Assembly (NCBI GenBank): GCA_052390235.1
Contig: JBQTHB010000005.1
Coordinates: 47,337-111,336 of the forward strand
Origin: Deltaproteobacteria bacterium
Lineage (GTDB): Bacteria; Desulfobacterota_D; UBA1144; Nemesobacterales; CSP1-2
Length of the DNA stretch: 64,000 nucleotides
Reading direction: 5' to 3'
Shown here one piece after another: positions 48,248 through 57,851 of the stretch; the stretch's first letter is position 1, and every line of letters starts with the position of its first letter. Made by a program: the position numbers and the translations under genes. The notes below the pieces were generated by a model. It was given only the letters and a program-made list of their open reading frames with translations, did no database searches and was not told the DNA's origin.

Positions 48248-49763
48248 TGGATTTTTCTATCTCCTCTCTTTGTATAAGAATTGCCCCCTCGGATTCGCCA
48301 GCGGGCACGCCCCCCAGCCCCTTTGGCGGCGGCGCGTCCATTTCCCATCCACCGGCAAGGGCGCGGTAGAGGTTTATGCGAAACCCCAGCAAGCCGCCTC
48401 TCGCGTCGAGATAATCGCGCTCAAGGCTCTGGTGCGTAACAGTGGCTTCGAGAACCCGCAAATAATCAGCCGCGCCTTTAATGTAGCTGCCTCGCGTTCG
48501 CTCCATCACCTGAGCCGAGAGTTTCAACTGACGCTCGAGACTCAATATGAGCTCGCGCTGACGCCGCTCCTGGGCTAGAGCGGTTTCAACCTCTCCAAGG
48601 GCGGCGACAATTGCCTGTCCATAGAGGTTGAGGCTCTCGGAAACCGCCGCGCGGCTACGCTCCACGTCGGCTTTGCGCGCCCCTGCGTCAAACAGAGGGG
48701 CAAGGAGATTTGCCGCGAGATTGAGAGCCCAATTATCGAATAAATCCCTCAGATTTCCGCCTGAAGCCCCTGCCTCGGCAACGATGCTCAGGCGCGGGAG
48801 GCGGTCGGCAAGCGCGGCGGCGGCGCGGCGGTCTGCGGCAAGAACCCCGTAGTATGCCCGCTTCACATCGGGGCGGCGCTGAATTATGTGAGCGGGAATT
48901 CCGGTTGCGGGTATCGGGGGAAGCTCGGCCAATTCGGGGGAGGAATTAGTGGTATAGAGCGCTCTTCCCGCAGTCCTGCCGAGTAGAACGGCGAGTCTAT
49001 TGTTGAGAGCGGCGGCGGCGGCCTCGGCGGTTTTTTTGAGTCCCTCCAGAGACTCCACGAGCTGGCGCTGGCGAATCACATCTGCCGCGCCGACCTGCCC
49101 CCGCCGGAATCTGAGCGTTACAAGCTCAAGAATCCGGGAATTTGTCTCGAACTGCTCGCCGAGGAGTCTCAGCTGTCCGTAAGCGGTTGCGAGTTCATAC
49201 CAAGCTCCTGCAACCTCGGCTGAGAGCGTAATTGCCGCCGCCTGCGCGTCCTCGCGCGAAGATGCGGCATCGAGGCGGGCGGCATCTCTAGCAGAGCGCA
49301 CCCTCCCCCAGAGGTCTATCTCGTAGGAGGCGACTAAACCCAAATCCAAGCCGTTCGATGACCCTCCGCCGCCGGAAGAGAAATCCCCGCCGCCATCGTC
49401 CCTTTTCCTCGCCGAAGACCCAGCCTCGGCGGCTATTTCAGGCAGGAGCAAAGCGCCCTGTCTCTTGGCGATGGCTTCGGCCTGCGCGAGACGATCCCAA
49501 ACGGCGAGAAAATTAAAATTTCCGGCGAGCGCCTCCTCTATCAACTTATCGAGCGAGGGGTCGTTAAAACCCCTCCACCATCGCTCGGCAAGCGCCGCCT
49601 CGCCGGCTTCGGAAAACGCTTTGGGCATCTGCGCGGGGGATTCCACGGATTTTGGCAGGGCAGCGCAGGAGGGGAGAAGCGAGATAGCCAATAAAATAAA
49701 GGGCAGGCGGTTTATGCGGCGTTTGGGCGTGGTTTGGTTCTGCAAATGATTCCTCAAGTTCAA
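48237..49763 (-). CDS. Outer membrane efflux factor (TolC/NodT lipoprotein)
   Basis: Lipobox LLPSC, WW..FND..L, SYEIDLWG, RRPDV, LYRALAGGW. Confidence 0.92.
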   Translation of the reverse strand: MNLRNHLQNQTTPKRRINRLPFILLAISLLPSCAALPKSVESPAQMPKAFSEAGEAALAERWWRGFNDPSLDKLIEEALAGNFNFLAVWDRLAQAEAIAKRQGALLLPEIAAEAGSSARKRDDGGGDFSSGGGGSSNGLDLGLVASYEIDLWGRVRSARDAARLDAASSREDAQAAAITLSAEVAGAWYELATAYGQLRLLGEQFETNSRILELVTLRFRRGQVGAADVIRQRQLVESLEGLKKTAEAAAAALNNRLAVLLGRTAGRALYTTNSSPELAELPPIPATGIPAHIIQRRPDVKRAYYGVLAADRRAAAALADRLPRLSIVAEAGASGGNLRDLFDNWALNLAANLLAPLFDAGARKADVERSRAAVSESLNLYGQAIVAALGEVETALAQERRQRELILSLERQLKLSAQVMERTRGSYIKGAADYLRVLEATVTHQSLERDYLDARGGLLGFRINLYRALAGGWEMDAPPPKGLGGVPAGESEGAILIQREEIEKSNEQ

Positions 49764-49803
49764 TTATGATGAGTCCCAGTTAAGCGTGGATGAAGACGCG
49801 GGG

Positions 49804-50256
49804 CTAAAGGGGTTTTCGGTTTTTTAAAATGGCTTCGGCGACTTTTTTCCTATCCTCAGGCGAAAGCCCCCGAGCTGCCTTGAGAAACGCCTCCTGAAAT
49901 TTTATCTGCGCTCCCGTCATGGCGGCGCGTATCTCGGCAAACGCCTCTTCGGCTTTTATAACGTCAACGGCGTCGCCCCCGAGTGCTTCGGCTAGTTTAT
50001 AGTTGACCTCTTCGATTCTTTTTCTGAGATCTCCCTCGGCGCGCGGCAGATTGCCCCTGATTGCCTCAATAAATTCCCTTTGGGCGGAGCGGGGGAGGTC
50101 TTCGATGAGCTTTTCGATTTTTTTCTCAAATTTGGCGTGTTTTGGGCTATTGCCGTGCCTGAATTTATCGGCTTTGCCTCCGAGAGCAAACCCCAAAAGC
50201 CAGATGTTCAGCCCCACTGAGATTACGCAGACAGCGACAATTATTTTTTTCATCAT
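49804..50256 (-). CDS. Periplasmic heavy-metal sensor / CpxP-like protein
   Basis: SVGLN..L.G TM anchor, helical hairpin, LSPEDR motif. Confidence 0.7.
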   Translation of the reverse strand: MMKKIIVAVCVISVGLNIWLLGFALGGKADKFRHGNSPKHAKFEKKIEKLIEDLPRSAQREFIEAIRGNLPRAEGDLRKRIEEVNYKLAEALGGDAVDVIKAEEAFAEIRAAMTGAQIKFQEAFLKAARGLSPEDRKKVAEAILKNRKPL

Positions 50257-50258
50257 CT

Positions 50259-50636
50259 CTATATAACTCCTATATCTTCGACGGGACCCAAAAGGGCCGT
50301 CGCCGGGTCAATTTGCTGGGAAAGCGCCTCCTCGGTGAATCCATCGTAAAATCCCGCCATGAAGCCGAAGAGCAGAAACAGGACGACTGCGGCGAGGGCG
50401 AAAGAAGGATTGAAGAGGAACGAGAGAAAACCGCTAGGGTTGGAGCGGGTCGCCGTATTTTCAACCACTATTTTGTTGATTAGACCGTCGTCCGCCTCTC
50501 GAACCGAGTACAAATCCAAGAGACTGTCGAGGGCGCGGGCATACTCAGGGTTAGACTCAATTTCACTGAGGAGCAAATCCTTGGGCTTCGTGGCTTCCCC
50601 GCAGGCTCCAATCAGTTTTTTATCCTTGCGTCTCAT
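50259..50636 (-). CDS. Probable anti-sigma factor (single TM)
   Basis: Overlaps the ECF sigma stop; cytoplasmic N-terminus + one TM. Confidence 0.55.
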   Translation of the reverse strand: MRRKDKKLIGACGEATKPKDLLLSEIESNPEYARALDSLLDLYSVREADDGLINKIVVENTATRSNPSGFLSFLFNPSFALAAVVLFLLFGFMAGFYDGFTEEALSQQIDPATALLGPVEDIGVI

Positions 50637-51289
50637 ATTGAGTCCTCCTCACCTCGAATTTTCAAATCCGCATCCAGCATCTGCCCAAGAGCCGCTCTAG
50701 CCCTTTGAACAAGCGCCTCGAATGCCCCCTGCGATACCTCCAGCACCCCTGCGGCTTCGATTTGATTAAGCCCCTCGTAGTAGAACAGAATTAGAGCCGC
50801 CCTCTGCCTTTCGGGGAGTTTTTGAAGCGCGTCTCTAACTCGCCCACGCCTCTGTCCGGCAATAGCGGACTGCTCGGCGTTCGGCATCGGGGATAGGATT
50901 TCATCATCTAATTCGGCGCGTACCTTCGCCGAAGCGTGTTTTCTCATGTGGTCTATCGCGAGGTTATATAAAATCCTGTGAAACCAGGTCGTGAATTTCG
51001 CCTTCGGCTGCCAATTTTGCGCCCCCTTCCAAACCGATAAAAATCCCTCCTGCACTATGTCCTCGGCATCGGTTCTGTTGCCGACCATTCGCTCGACAAA
51101 GCCCAGAGAGCGATTTATGTGCCTCTCCACGATATTGCGATAAGCTAAGGCGTCGCGGCGTCCTGAGACCCTCTGCATGAGGGCGGCGTCAATATCCGAT
51201 TGCGAATCTTCGCGGCTTAGAGGCAATATATCGGTTTCCTTCGGAGAGGGGGAGTCGTATTTTAAACATTCTGCCATAGTATCGGACAT
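50633..51289 (-). CDS. ECF RNA polymerase sigma factor
   Basis: DAEDIVQE, FTTW..RI..N..ID, LPERQR, region 4 HTH. Confidence 0.92.
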   Translation of the reverse strand: MSDTMAECLKYDSPSPKETDILPLSREDSQSDIDAALMQRVSGRRDALAYRNIVERHINRSLGFVERMVGNRTDAEDIVQEGFLSVWKGAQNWQPKAKFTTWFHRILYNLAIDHMRKHASAKVRAELDDEILSPMPNAEQSAIAGQRRGRVRDALQKLPERQRAALILFYYEGLNQIEAAGVLEVSQGAFEALVQRARAALGQMLDADLKIRGEEDSI

Positions 51290-51380
51290 TTTCAGCTTCG
51301 GATTTTATATGCGAAAAGAAGCGGCGCATCTCCTGCCGGGGCGAGCGCTCCACTGCCCGCCCCCCGCTTTGGTCATAGAA

Positions 51381-51815
51381 CTAGCAGTCTTTTTTAAATT
51401 CTGCTCTGTGCTGGTCTTTGATTTCAAAGAGTTTTACTCTCTGCTCCGTGGAAAGCGCCTCTCTCATAGCCAGGGTCATCTCGATTTTGATTTTTCCAAG
51501 TTCCATGTGCGTAGATTCCACCCTGTCATAGGCGGACAAAATTTCACTATTGGTTGAATTCGGGTTTCTCATCACGGTTTTCATCTCTCTGTAATCGGCT
51601 TTAAGGCGGGCGCGCAGAGCCTCGATGCTCCCCTTGTGGGACGATGCGATTTGCTCAATTTGGCTCTTCTGCCGGTCGCTGAGGGCGAGTTGCTCGACAA
51701 TTTTCGATTTTGTCCACCAATCGCCGCGTTTGTCCTCGTGTTTTCCGGGTAATGCCCAAGCGGCGGCGGCAAGGACGAAAACCGATAATGCGGATAAGGT
51801 CAACACTCTTTTCAT
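51381..51815 (-). CDS. Spy/CpxP-family periplasmic protein
   Basis: Signal peptide; LSDRQ and LSTEQ (LTxxQ) motifs. Confidence 0.75.
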   Translation of the reverse strand: MKRVLTLSALSVFVLAAAAWALPGKHEDKRGDWWTKSKIVEQLALSDRQKSQIEQIASSHKGSIEALRARLKADYREMKTVMRNPNSTNSEILSAYDRVESTHMELGKIKIEMTLAMREALSTEQRVKLFEIKDQHRAEFKKDC

Positions 51816-52092
51816 TTGTAAAACCTCCTGACTCGAAATTTTTATTTTGAGAAAATTGCCGGCTTGTGAATTGTTTTCTCAATCTATTAAACGTATGGGG
51901 GGTGAGATTTCCTACGCGCTTTTTTTGACTATAGCAAAATTCCCCCCTCCTCGAATAGCCCATTTCATTCTCGTCGAAACGGGAATTCCGTATGCCGCAG
52001 CGCGTATCCCGAACTGTGATTCGTTGAATTCGGGGGAAAATCCGCTAATATTTTCTCTCGATAGAGTAAAAACCGACTTTGAGGGTGCAAGG

Positions 52093-52968
52093 ATGAACCG
52101 ATTTGTGAAATCCCACGGGCTTGGGAACGACTACATTGTGCTAGACGAGGCTAATATCTCATTTGAACTCACGCCGGAGGTGATAAAACTCATCTGCCAC
52201 AGAAATTACGGCATCGGCTCGGATGGGATACTGCTTCTGACCCCATCGGAAAGGGCCGATTTCGGTCTCAGAATCCTAAACCCTGACGGGAGCGAGGCGG
52301 AGAAAAGCGGAAACGGGCTTCGGATATTCGCGAAATTCCTGTACGAGCATTGGTACACTAAAAAAAGCTCCTTCACCATTGACACGCTCTCAGGGGTGGT
52401 GTCTGCGGAGCTGGAAAGCAGAGACGGCAGGGTGTCGTTTGTTACCGTTGAGATGGGCGAGGCGACCTTTAGGAGCAGGCTCATTCCCGTCGAGGGCGAC
52501 GACAGAGAGGTCATCGGCGAGGAAATACGCATAAACGGCGAGATACTGAGATTCACGGCGGTCTCGGTTGGCAATCCCCACTGCGTGGTGTTCGCCGAGG
52601 AGCTAGACGAGGCATACACGAAAAAACTGGGGCCCAAAATTGAAAATCACCGCATTTTCCCCAACCGCACCAACGTGCAGTTTGCTAAGGTCGTCTCCAG
52701 AGATAGAGTAGAGATTCTCATTTGGGAGCGCGGCGCGGGCTGGACTCTCGCCTCAGGGAGCAGTTCGTGCGCTGTTGCGGCGGCTTGCGTGAGAAACAAC
52801 CTAACGGACAGGTATTTGACCGTCGCCATGCCCGGAGGGGAGCTTCAAATTGAGGTGAGAAACGATTGGACTCTCAAGATGCGGGGCGAGGTCGAGGGAG
52901 TCGCCGAAGGCTCCATCTCCAAAGACCTGCTGGAGAGAATCAATAAAATCTCACCCCCAGAGTCATGA
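52093..52968 (+). CDS. dapF: Diaminopimelate epimerase
   Basis: KSHGLGNDY, GIGSDG, NPDGSEAEKSGNG, VGNPH, WERGAG.TLASGSS (Ser at both usual catalytic Cys sites). Confidence 0.9.
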   Translation: MNRFVKSHGLGNDYIVLDEANISFELTPEVIKLICHRNYGIGSDGILLLTPSERADFGLRILNPDGSEAEKSGNGLRIFAKFLYEHWYTKKSSFTIDTLSGVVSAELESRDGRVSFVTVEMGEATFRSRLIPVEGDDREVIGEEIRINGEILRFTAVSVGNPHCVVFAEELDEAYTKKLGPKIENHRIFPNRTNVQFAKVVSRDRVEILIWERGAGWTLASGSSSCAVAAACVRNNLTDRYLTVAMPGGELQIEVRNDWTLKMRGEVEGVAEGSISKDLLERINKISPPES

Positions 52969-53044
52969 TTCAATACTGCGCCCAGCCACAGAACGCGGGG
53001 GTAGCGGCCGGGCGAAGCCAGTTAATGCAAATGGAAACAAAAGT

Positions 53045-53076
53045 AACGAGTTTCTAGTTTCTAGTTTTGAGACTAA
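53045..53076 (+). repeat. Heptamer-based direct repeat, copy 1
   Basis: AACGAGTTTCTAGTTTCTAGTTTTGAgACTAA. Confidence 0.9.
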
Positions 53077-53163
53077 AAACTAAAAACCAGTTACTAGAAA
53101 CCGCTTTTAGATTCTCTCGCGCTGAAAAATTGTGTTTAATTCACGGGCTTGCGATTTTGGAGA

Positions 53164-54384
53164 ATGATATTGAAACTATCGGCGGCGCTTAAAGTCTCAT
53201 ACGGCGCATTGAAGAAAAATAAAATCCGCTCGGCTCTCACGACGCTTGGCATTATTATCGGAGTCGCCGCCGTTATCGCCTTGGTGTCCCTCACGCAGGG
53301 GGCGAAAAATCTCATCGAAGAACAGCTCACGAGCCTCGGCGGAAAATCCCTCATCGTAAATTCTGGCAGAAGAGCTGGAAGCGGCGTAACCGCCTCAGGG
53401 GGCGGCTCTCAAACCCTCACCGCCGCAGACGCCGATGCCATAAGGGGGCTGAGTTTCGTAACGCGCGTCTCGCCGATAGTTGACACGACTGGTCAGGTGG
53501 TCTGGGGAAACCGCAACTGGTTTACCGCGCTCATCGGCTCGTCCCCCGATTTCATCCACATCAACGACTGGTTTCCAGAACGGGGAAATTTCTTCACCGA
53601 AGAGGACGTTGCAAACTCCGAGCGTGTATGCGTGCTAGGCAAAACCGTAGCCCTAAGCCTCTTCGGCGCTCAAAATCCCGTGGGCGAGACCGTGAGAATC
53701 GGGAGCAACTCGTTCCGCGTTATAGGCGTCATGGCGTCTATCGGGCAGACACCCGGAGGCAAAGACCAGGACGATATTATCCTCATCCCCTATACGACGG
53801 CGCAGAAGAGAATCATCGGCGTCTCCAGCGTAGAGAACATATCCCTCTCCGTGAGAACACCCGAAGACATCCCCTTTGCCGAGAGCCAAATCAATATGCT
53901 CCTCAGAGAACGGCATCAAATCCGCCCCGGCGAGGAAAACGATTTCTTCGTAAAAAGCCAGCTCAATATCATCGAGCGCATATTCACTATATCGAAAATC
54001 ATGACTATTCTCCTAGGGAGCATCGCCTCAATTTCGCTCATCGTGGGCGGCATCGGAATAATGAACATAATGCTCGTCTCGGTTACGGAGCGCACAAAGG
54101 AAATCGGCATCAGAATGGCAGTAGGGGCGAAGGAGCGGGATATTATGCTCCAGTTCCTGATTGAAGCCGTCGCTCTTTCACTAGCCGGCGGGCTGATTGG
54201 AACGGGCGTGGGGATAGCGGCATCGAAGGCGTCTTCGTTTTTTACGAGCTGGCCCAGCCTGATTTCGCCATTGGCAATACTGCTCGCGTTCGGATTCGCC
54301 GGAGCGATAGGGGTTTTCTTCGGCATCTATCCGGCGAGGAAGGCATCGAAATTAGACCCGATAGAAGCCCTGAGATACGAATAG
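53164..54384 (+). CDS. ABC transporter permease (MacB/FtsX type)
   Basis: RSALTTLGIIIG, GGIGIMNIMLVSVTERTKEIGIRMAVGA, LDPIEALRYE. Confidence 0.93.
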   Translation: MILKLSAALKVSYGALKKNKIRSALTTLGIIIGVAAVIALVSLTQGAKNLIEEQLTSLGGKSLIVNSGRRAGSGVTASGGGSQTLTAADADAIRGLSFVTRVSPIVDTTGQVVWGNRNWFTALIGSSPDFIHINDWFPERGNFFTEEDVANSERVCVLGKTVALSLFGAQNPVGETVRIGSNSFRVIGVMASIGQTPGGKDQDDIILIPYTTAQKRIIGVSSVENISLSVRTPEDIPFAESQINMLLRERHQIRPGEENDFFVKSQLNIIERIFTISKIMTILLGSIASISLIVGGIGIMNIMLVSVTERTKEIGIRMAVGAKERDIMLQFLIEAVALSLAGGLIGTGVGIAASKASSFFTSWPSLISPLAILLAFGFAGAIGVFFGIYPARKASKLDPIEALRYE

Positions 54385-54403
54385 CCACAAACATAAGAGA
54401 AAA

Positions 54404-54435
54404 AACGAGTTTCTAGTTTCTAGTTTTGATACTAA
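54404..54435 (+). repeat. Heptamer-based direct repeat, copy 2
   Basis: AACGAGTTTCTAGTTTCTAGTTTTGAtACTAA (1 mismatch to copy 1). Confidence 0.9.
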
Positions 54436-54469
54436 CCACAACGCGCCGCCTTTTCGGCAGGTTCAATCC

Positions 54470-56293
54470 CTAAAATTCCGTCCGCACAAAGCCCGCGCCG
54501 CCAATGCCAATATCCGGAAGGCTGTCGTCAGAAATATCGCCGAGATTCACCACGACGCTTCCGAATCCCGCTCCAGGAGCTGTGTCGCCCGCCAAGGGAA
54601 GGGATATATTCGCCTGAGCCGCGCTGAGAGCGGCTGGGAAATTAGGGCGTCCAAAAAACAGATACACGCGCGACATTCCCGGCGCTCCTACGGCAAAATC
54701 GGCGTTTGTAGGCTCGAAATCAACCAAAAAACCGCTGCTTACGGAATCTGACATAGTGTCCGGGTTAACGTCTGCGAGGATGGCGACCGATGTTCCAAAC
54801 CCCCCGCCTGAGCCTGAAATCTGGGACAAGGGCGAGGGGCTAAGTCCCGTAGTTCTCGCTGCCTCGATTTCGGTTCCCGAATATATGAACACAGCCCCTG
54901 AGCCTGAGGGGTTTCCAACGATGAGTTCGTCCCTCTCGTTGCCGCTATTTGTGTCCACGTCGGGGTCGTCAAGGTCTGCGCCGCCGCCAATAGAGAACCC
55001 AAACTGAGACGCGCCCTGAATCACCACAACGCCCGATACGCCTGCGGATAGGTCCCTGCTTGCCAAATCCCCGCTTCCAAAAATCACATAGGCTCTGCCC
55101 GCCCCCGGCGCTCCGACTCCGAGTTCCTCCGTAGAGCCGCTGTCGAGGTTGCCCACTTGCCTCAGGGCAAATCCGAACATATCCCCCGCCGCTTCGCCTG
55201 AGAGAATCACCCTCGCTCCTGCGGCAGAGTTCGCCGAATTGAGGCTACTTGCGCGAAAAACATAAGCCTTCCCCCGCTGAGATAGGGCATTGGGCGCGCC
55301 CACGAGAAGCGCCCTGTTGCCGCCTATGACCCCCGTGCCATCCGAAACGGTAAAGCCGAAGCCGTCTCCCGCCGCCTCGCCCGTTATGATGACGTCGGCC
55401 TCATCTCCCGCAGTGAGATTTATGACAGGCACAAGGTCGCTACTCTCGCCCGTTATGATGAATACCGCGCCTGCTCCGCCGTTTGCCCCCGGTGCGCCTA
55501 TGACGATTTCATCGGCGAAATCCCCCATAAAAGTCCCGATACCAGAGACAGACGCCCCGAACATATCAGCCGCGTTCCCTATAATTACGGCGTCGGGGGT
55601 ATCGCCGGAGGCGACATCAAAAAAACGGTCTCCGTTCGCGCTCCCCGTGGCAAGGTCGTTGCGCCCGTAAAATACAAATACCCTGCCTAGACAGGGGTCG
55701 CCTATTAGGACATCGCTTATATCGTCGTCGTTGAAATCTCCTCCGCCAATGGAGCGTCCGAAGCAGCTGCCGCCTGCCGAGCTGGCAAATTGGGCGAACA
55801 CAAGGGGGGTTGAAACCTCCACTACGTTAGACGGGCTGGACTCGTTTCCGACCTCGTCGCGGGCGATGATTGCGGCGAAAAATCTCCTTGCGCCGGTTAT
55901 GTCAATCCTCGGAAAAAGAAACGTCTCAATAGAGCCGGCGGCACTGGGTTCCGGCTCGTCTTCGACTTGAGTGGCGTCGTCGAAATTGCTCTGAACGGCT
56001 TGCTGAATAGAGGCGAGCGACGCTCCGGCTAGAGAGGGAACGCCGAGAATGGCGGCAACTTCAGAATCCTCGAAGTAGCGAACGTCGTAAATGCGAACGA
56101 TGCCCGAATTTCCGTCGTCGCCCGTGGCTGTCCATCCGAGAAGGCGTCCGAAGGCTGAGGTGAAGTTGGCGATGGCCGCGGGGTCGCTGTCGTCGCCGAC
56201 TCTAATTCCGCCGCCTCCGCCGCCGCACGAGATGACGAGCGCGAGATGTAGAAAGAGGATTAAAGCTACTGCCGAGCTGGTGATTGTTTTCAT
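54470..56293 (-). CDS. FG-GAP (integrin-alpha beta-propeller) lipoprotein with FN3-like N-terminal domain
   Basis: Lipobox VISC + Gly linker; WTATGDDG..ARDEVGN.S..SN; repeated FG...GAP motifs with DxNxD loops. Confidence 0.82.
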   Translation of the reverse strand: MKTITSSAVALILFLHLALVISCGGGGGGIRVGDDSDPAAIANFTSAFGRLLGWTATGDDGNSGIVRIYDVRYFEDSEVAAILGVPSLAGASLASIQQAVQSNFDDATQVEDEPEPSAAGSIETFLFPRIDITGARRFFAAIIARDEVGNESSPSNVVEVSTPLVFAQFASSAGGSCFGRSIGGGDFNDDDISDVLIGDPCLGRVFVFYGRNDLATGSANGDRFFDVASGDTPDAVIIGNAADMFGASVSGIGTFMGDFADEIVIGAPGANGGAGAVFIITGESSDLVPVINLTAGDEADVIITGEAAGDGFGFTVSDGTGVIGGNRALLVGAPNALSQRGKAYVFRASSLNSANSAAGARVILSGEAAGDMFGFALRQVGNLDSGSTEELGVGAPGAGRAYVIFGSGDLASRDLSAGVSGVVVIQGASQFGFSIGGGADLDDPDVDTNSGNERDELIVGNPSGSGAVFIYSGTEIEAARTTGLSPSPLSQISGSGGGFGTSVAILADVNPDTMSDSVSSGFLVDFEPTNADFAVGAPGMSRVYLFFGRPNFPAALSAAQANISLPLAGDTAPGAGFGSVVVNLGDISDDSLPDIGIGGAGFVRTEF

Positions 56294-56437
56294 ATAAAGC
56301 CCCGAAATTTTTAGAATTCTATGAATTCTACTGGAATATAGGGGATATTCAAATAAGAAATCACCTCAGAGCGGGGCGCGCGCTTCTATTGAGCCTCTCT
56401 TACCCAATACTGATTCATCGTTTACACTCATGGGGCT

Positions 56438-57193
56438 ATGATAGTGCGCCTCAATAAATTTCTGTCCATGTGCGGAATTTGCTCTCGAAGGAGGGCTGAC
56501 GAACTGATTGCCGAGGGAAGGGTCAGGGTAAATGGAGTCGTCGCAGAGGAGTTGGGACGGAGAGTGGACACCGAAGCCGACAGCGTGCAGGTCGGGGGCA
56601 GAGTCGTAAAATCCGAGGCGAAAAGATATGTGGCTCTATACAAACCCCGGCTCTACATCACGGCTCTGGGCGAAGGGGAGGACGATAAAAAAACCATCGA
56701 GGAGTTAATTCGCGGCATTGATGAGCGCGTCTATCCCGTCGGGAGGCTCGATTACGACTCCGAAGGGCTATTAATCCTCACAAATGACGGCGAGCTTGCC
56801 AATAAAATCCATCATCCGAGCTTCGGGGTGTCAAAGGTCTATATCGCCAAACTCAACGAGACGCTATCGGATGAGGCTATGAAATCCATGCTTGAGGGAG
56901 CAGAATTAGAAGACGGATTCGCCAAGCCCGATTGGGTGCGCACTATTAACCGCGGGGGGCAGAGCGCCTCTGCCGTCGAGATAGCGTTTCACGATGGGAG
57001 GAATCATCTCGTAAAGAGATTTTTCGAGCAGTTCGGGCATCGCGTAATGAGGCTCAAGAGAGTGGCTATAGGCAACATAAAGCTCGGCAGGATGCAAAGG
57101 GGCGAGTGGCGGGACATATCCGAAGAAGAGCTAAAAACCCTAAAAGCTCTGCTCAAGCCCAGGGGTAAATCCCCCTCAAGAGGGGCTGAGTAA
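56438..57193 (+). CDS. rluB: rRNA pseudouridine synthase (RluB/RsuA family)
   Basis: S4 domain RLNKFL..CSRR, VGRLDYDSEGL, GRN. Confidence 0.88.
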   Translation: MIVRLNKFLSMCGICSRRRADELIAEGRVRVNGVVAEELGRRVDTEADSVQVGGRVVKSEAKRYVALYKPRLYITALGEGEDDKKTIEELIRGIDERVYPVGRLDYDSEGLLILTNDGELANKIHHPSFGVSKVYIAKLNETLSDEAMKSMLEGAELEDGFAKPDWVRTINRGGQSASAVEIAFHDGRNHLVKRFFEQFGHRVMRLKRVAIGNIKLGRMQRGEWRDISEEELKTLKALLKPRGKSPSRGAE

Positions 57194-57198
57194 CACTG

Positions 57199-57831
57199 AT
57201 GAGCTTTGATATTTTGCTCTTTTTAAAGGGTTTTATTGCCGGCATAGTTATTGCCACTCCCGTAGGGCCAGTGGCGGCTCTATGCGTTCAGCGCACCCTA
57301 ATTGAGGGGAAAATTTACGGCTTAATATCGGGATTAGGCGCGGCGGCGGCAGATGCGGCTTGCGGCGTTATTGTCGTTTATGGGTTTTCATTCATCGTGG
57401 ACGCGGCGGCGCAGTACGAGCCTTGGTTTCGCATTGCCGGAGGATTGGCTCTGATTTACATCGGCGCGAGGATTTTTATATCAAATCCGATAGACGGGGC
57501 GGCGGCGGCGCGAAACGGAGGCGCATGGAGCGGTTTCCTATCCGCATTCGCCCTGACTCTCACAAATCCGCTAACAGCCGTGTCGCTCGCGGTAATACTC
57601 ACAGGACTCGGGGCGCTGGAAGATGAGCCGAGCTATGTATCCTCGATGATTGTGGCTTCGGGGGTGTTCACAGGCTCGGCGGTTTTGTGGTTCGCGCTGT
57701 GCAGCCTTATTTTTCTATTCCGCGAAAAATTCACCCGAAGCAAATTTATATGGCTCAACAGAATCACAGGCTCAGCTATATTGATTTTCGGGTTGTTTGC
57801 CCTGTCCGGCTGGGTAGCGCTGAGCGGATAA
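57199..57831 (+). CDS. LysE-family transporter
   Basis: PVGP, GLGAAAAD, LTLTNP. Confidence 0.88.
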   Translation: MSFDILLFLKGFIAGIVIATPVGPVAALCVQRTLIEGKIYGLISGLGAAAADAACGVIVVYGFSFIVDAAAQYEPWFRIAGGLALIYIGARIFISNPIDGAAAARNGGAWSGFLSAFALTLTNPLTAVSLAVILTGLGALEDEPSYVSSMIVASGVFTGSAVLWFALCSLIFLFREKFTRSKFIWLNRITGSAILIFGLFALSGWVALSG

Positions 57832-57851
57832 CAGGCTCTGCGGGGTAATTT

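Noticed and set aside
51847-52092. 82-aa N-terminal extension of DapF in the ORF track
   Set aside because: Overlaps the divergent promoter region; family similarity begins at ATG 52093.
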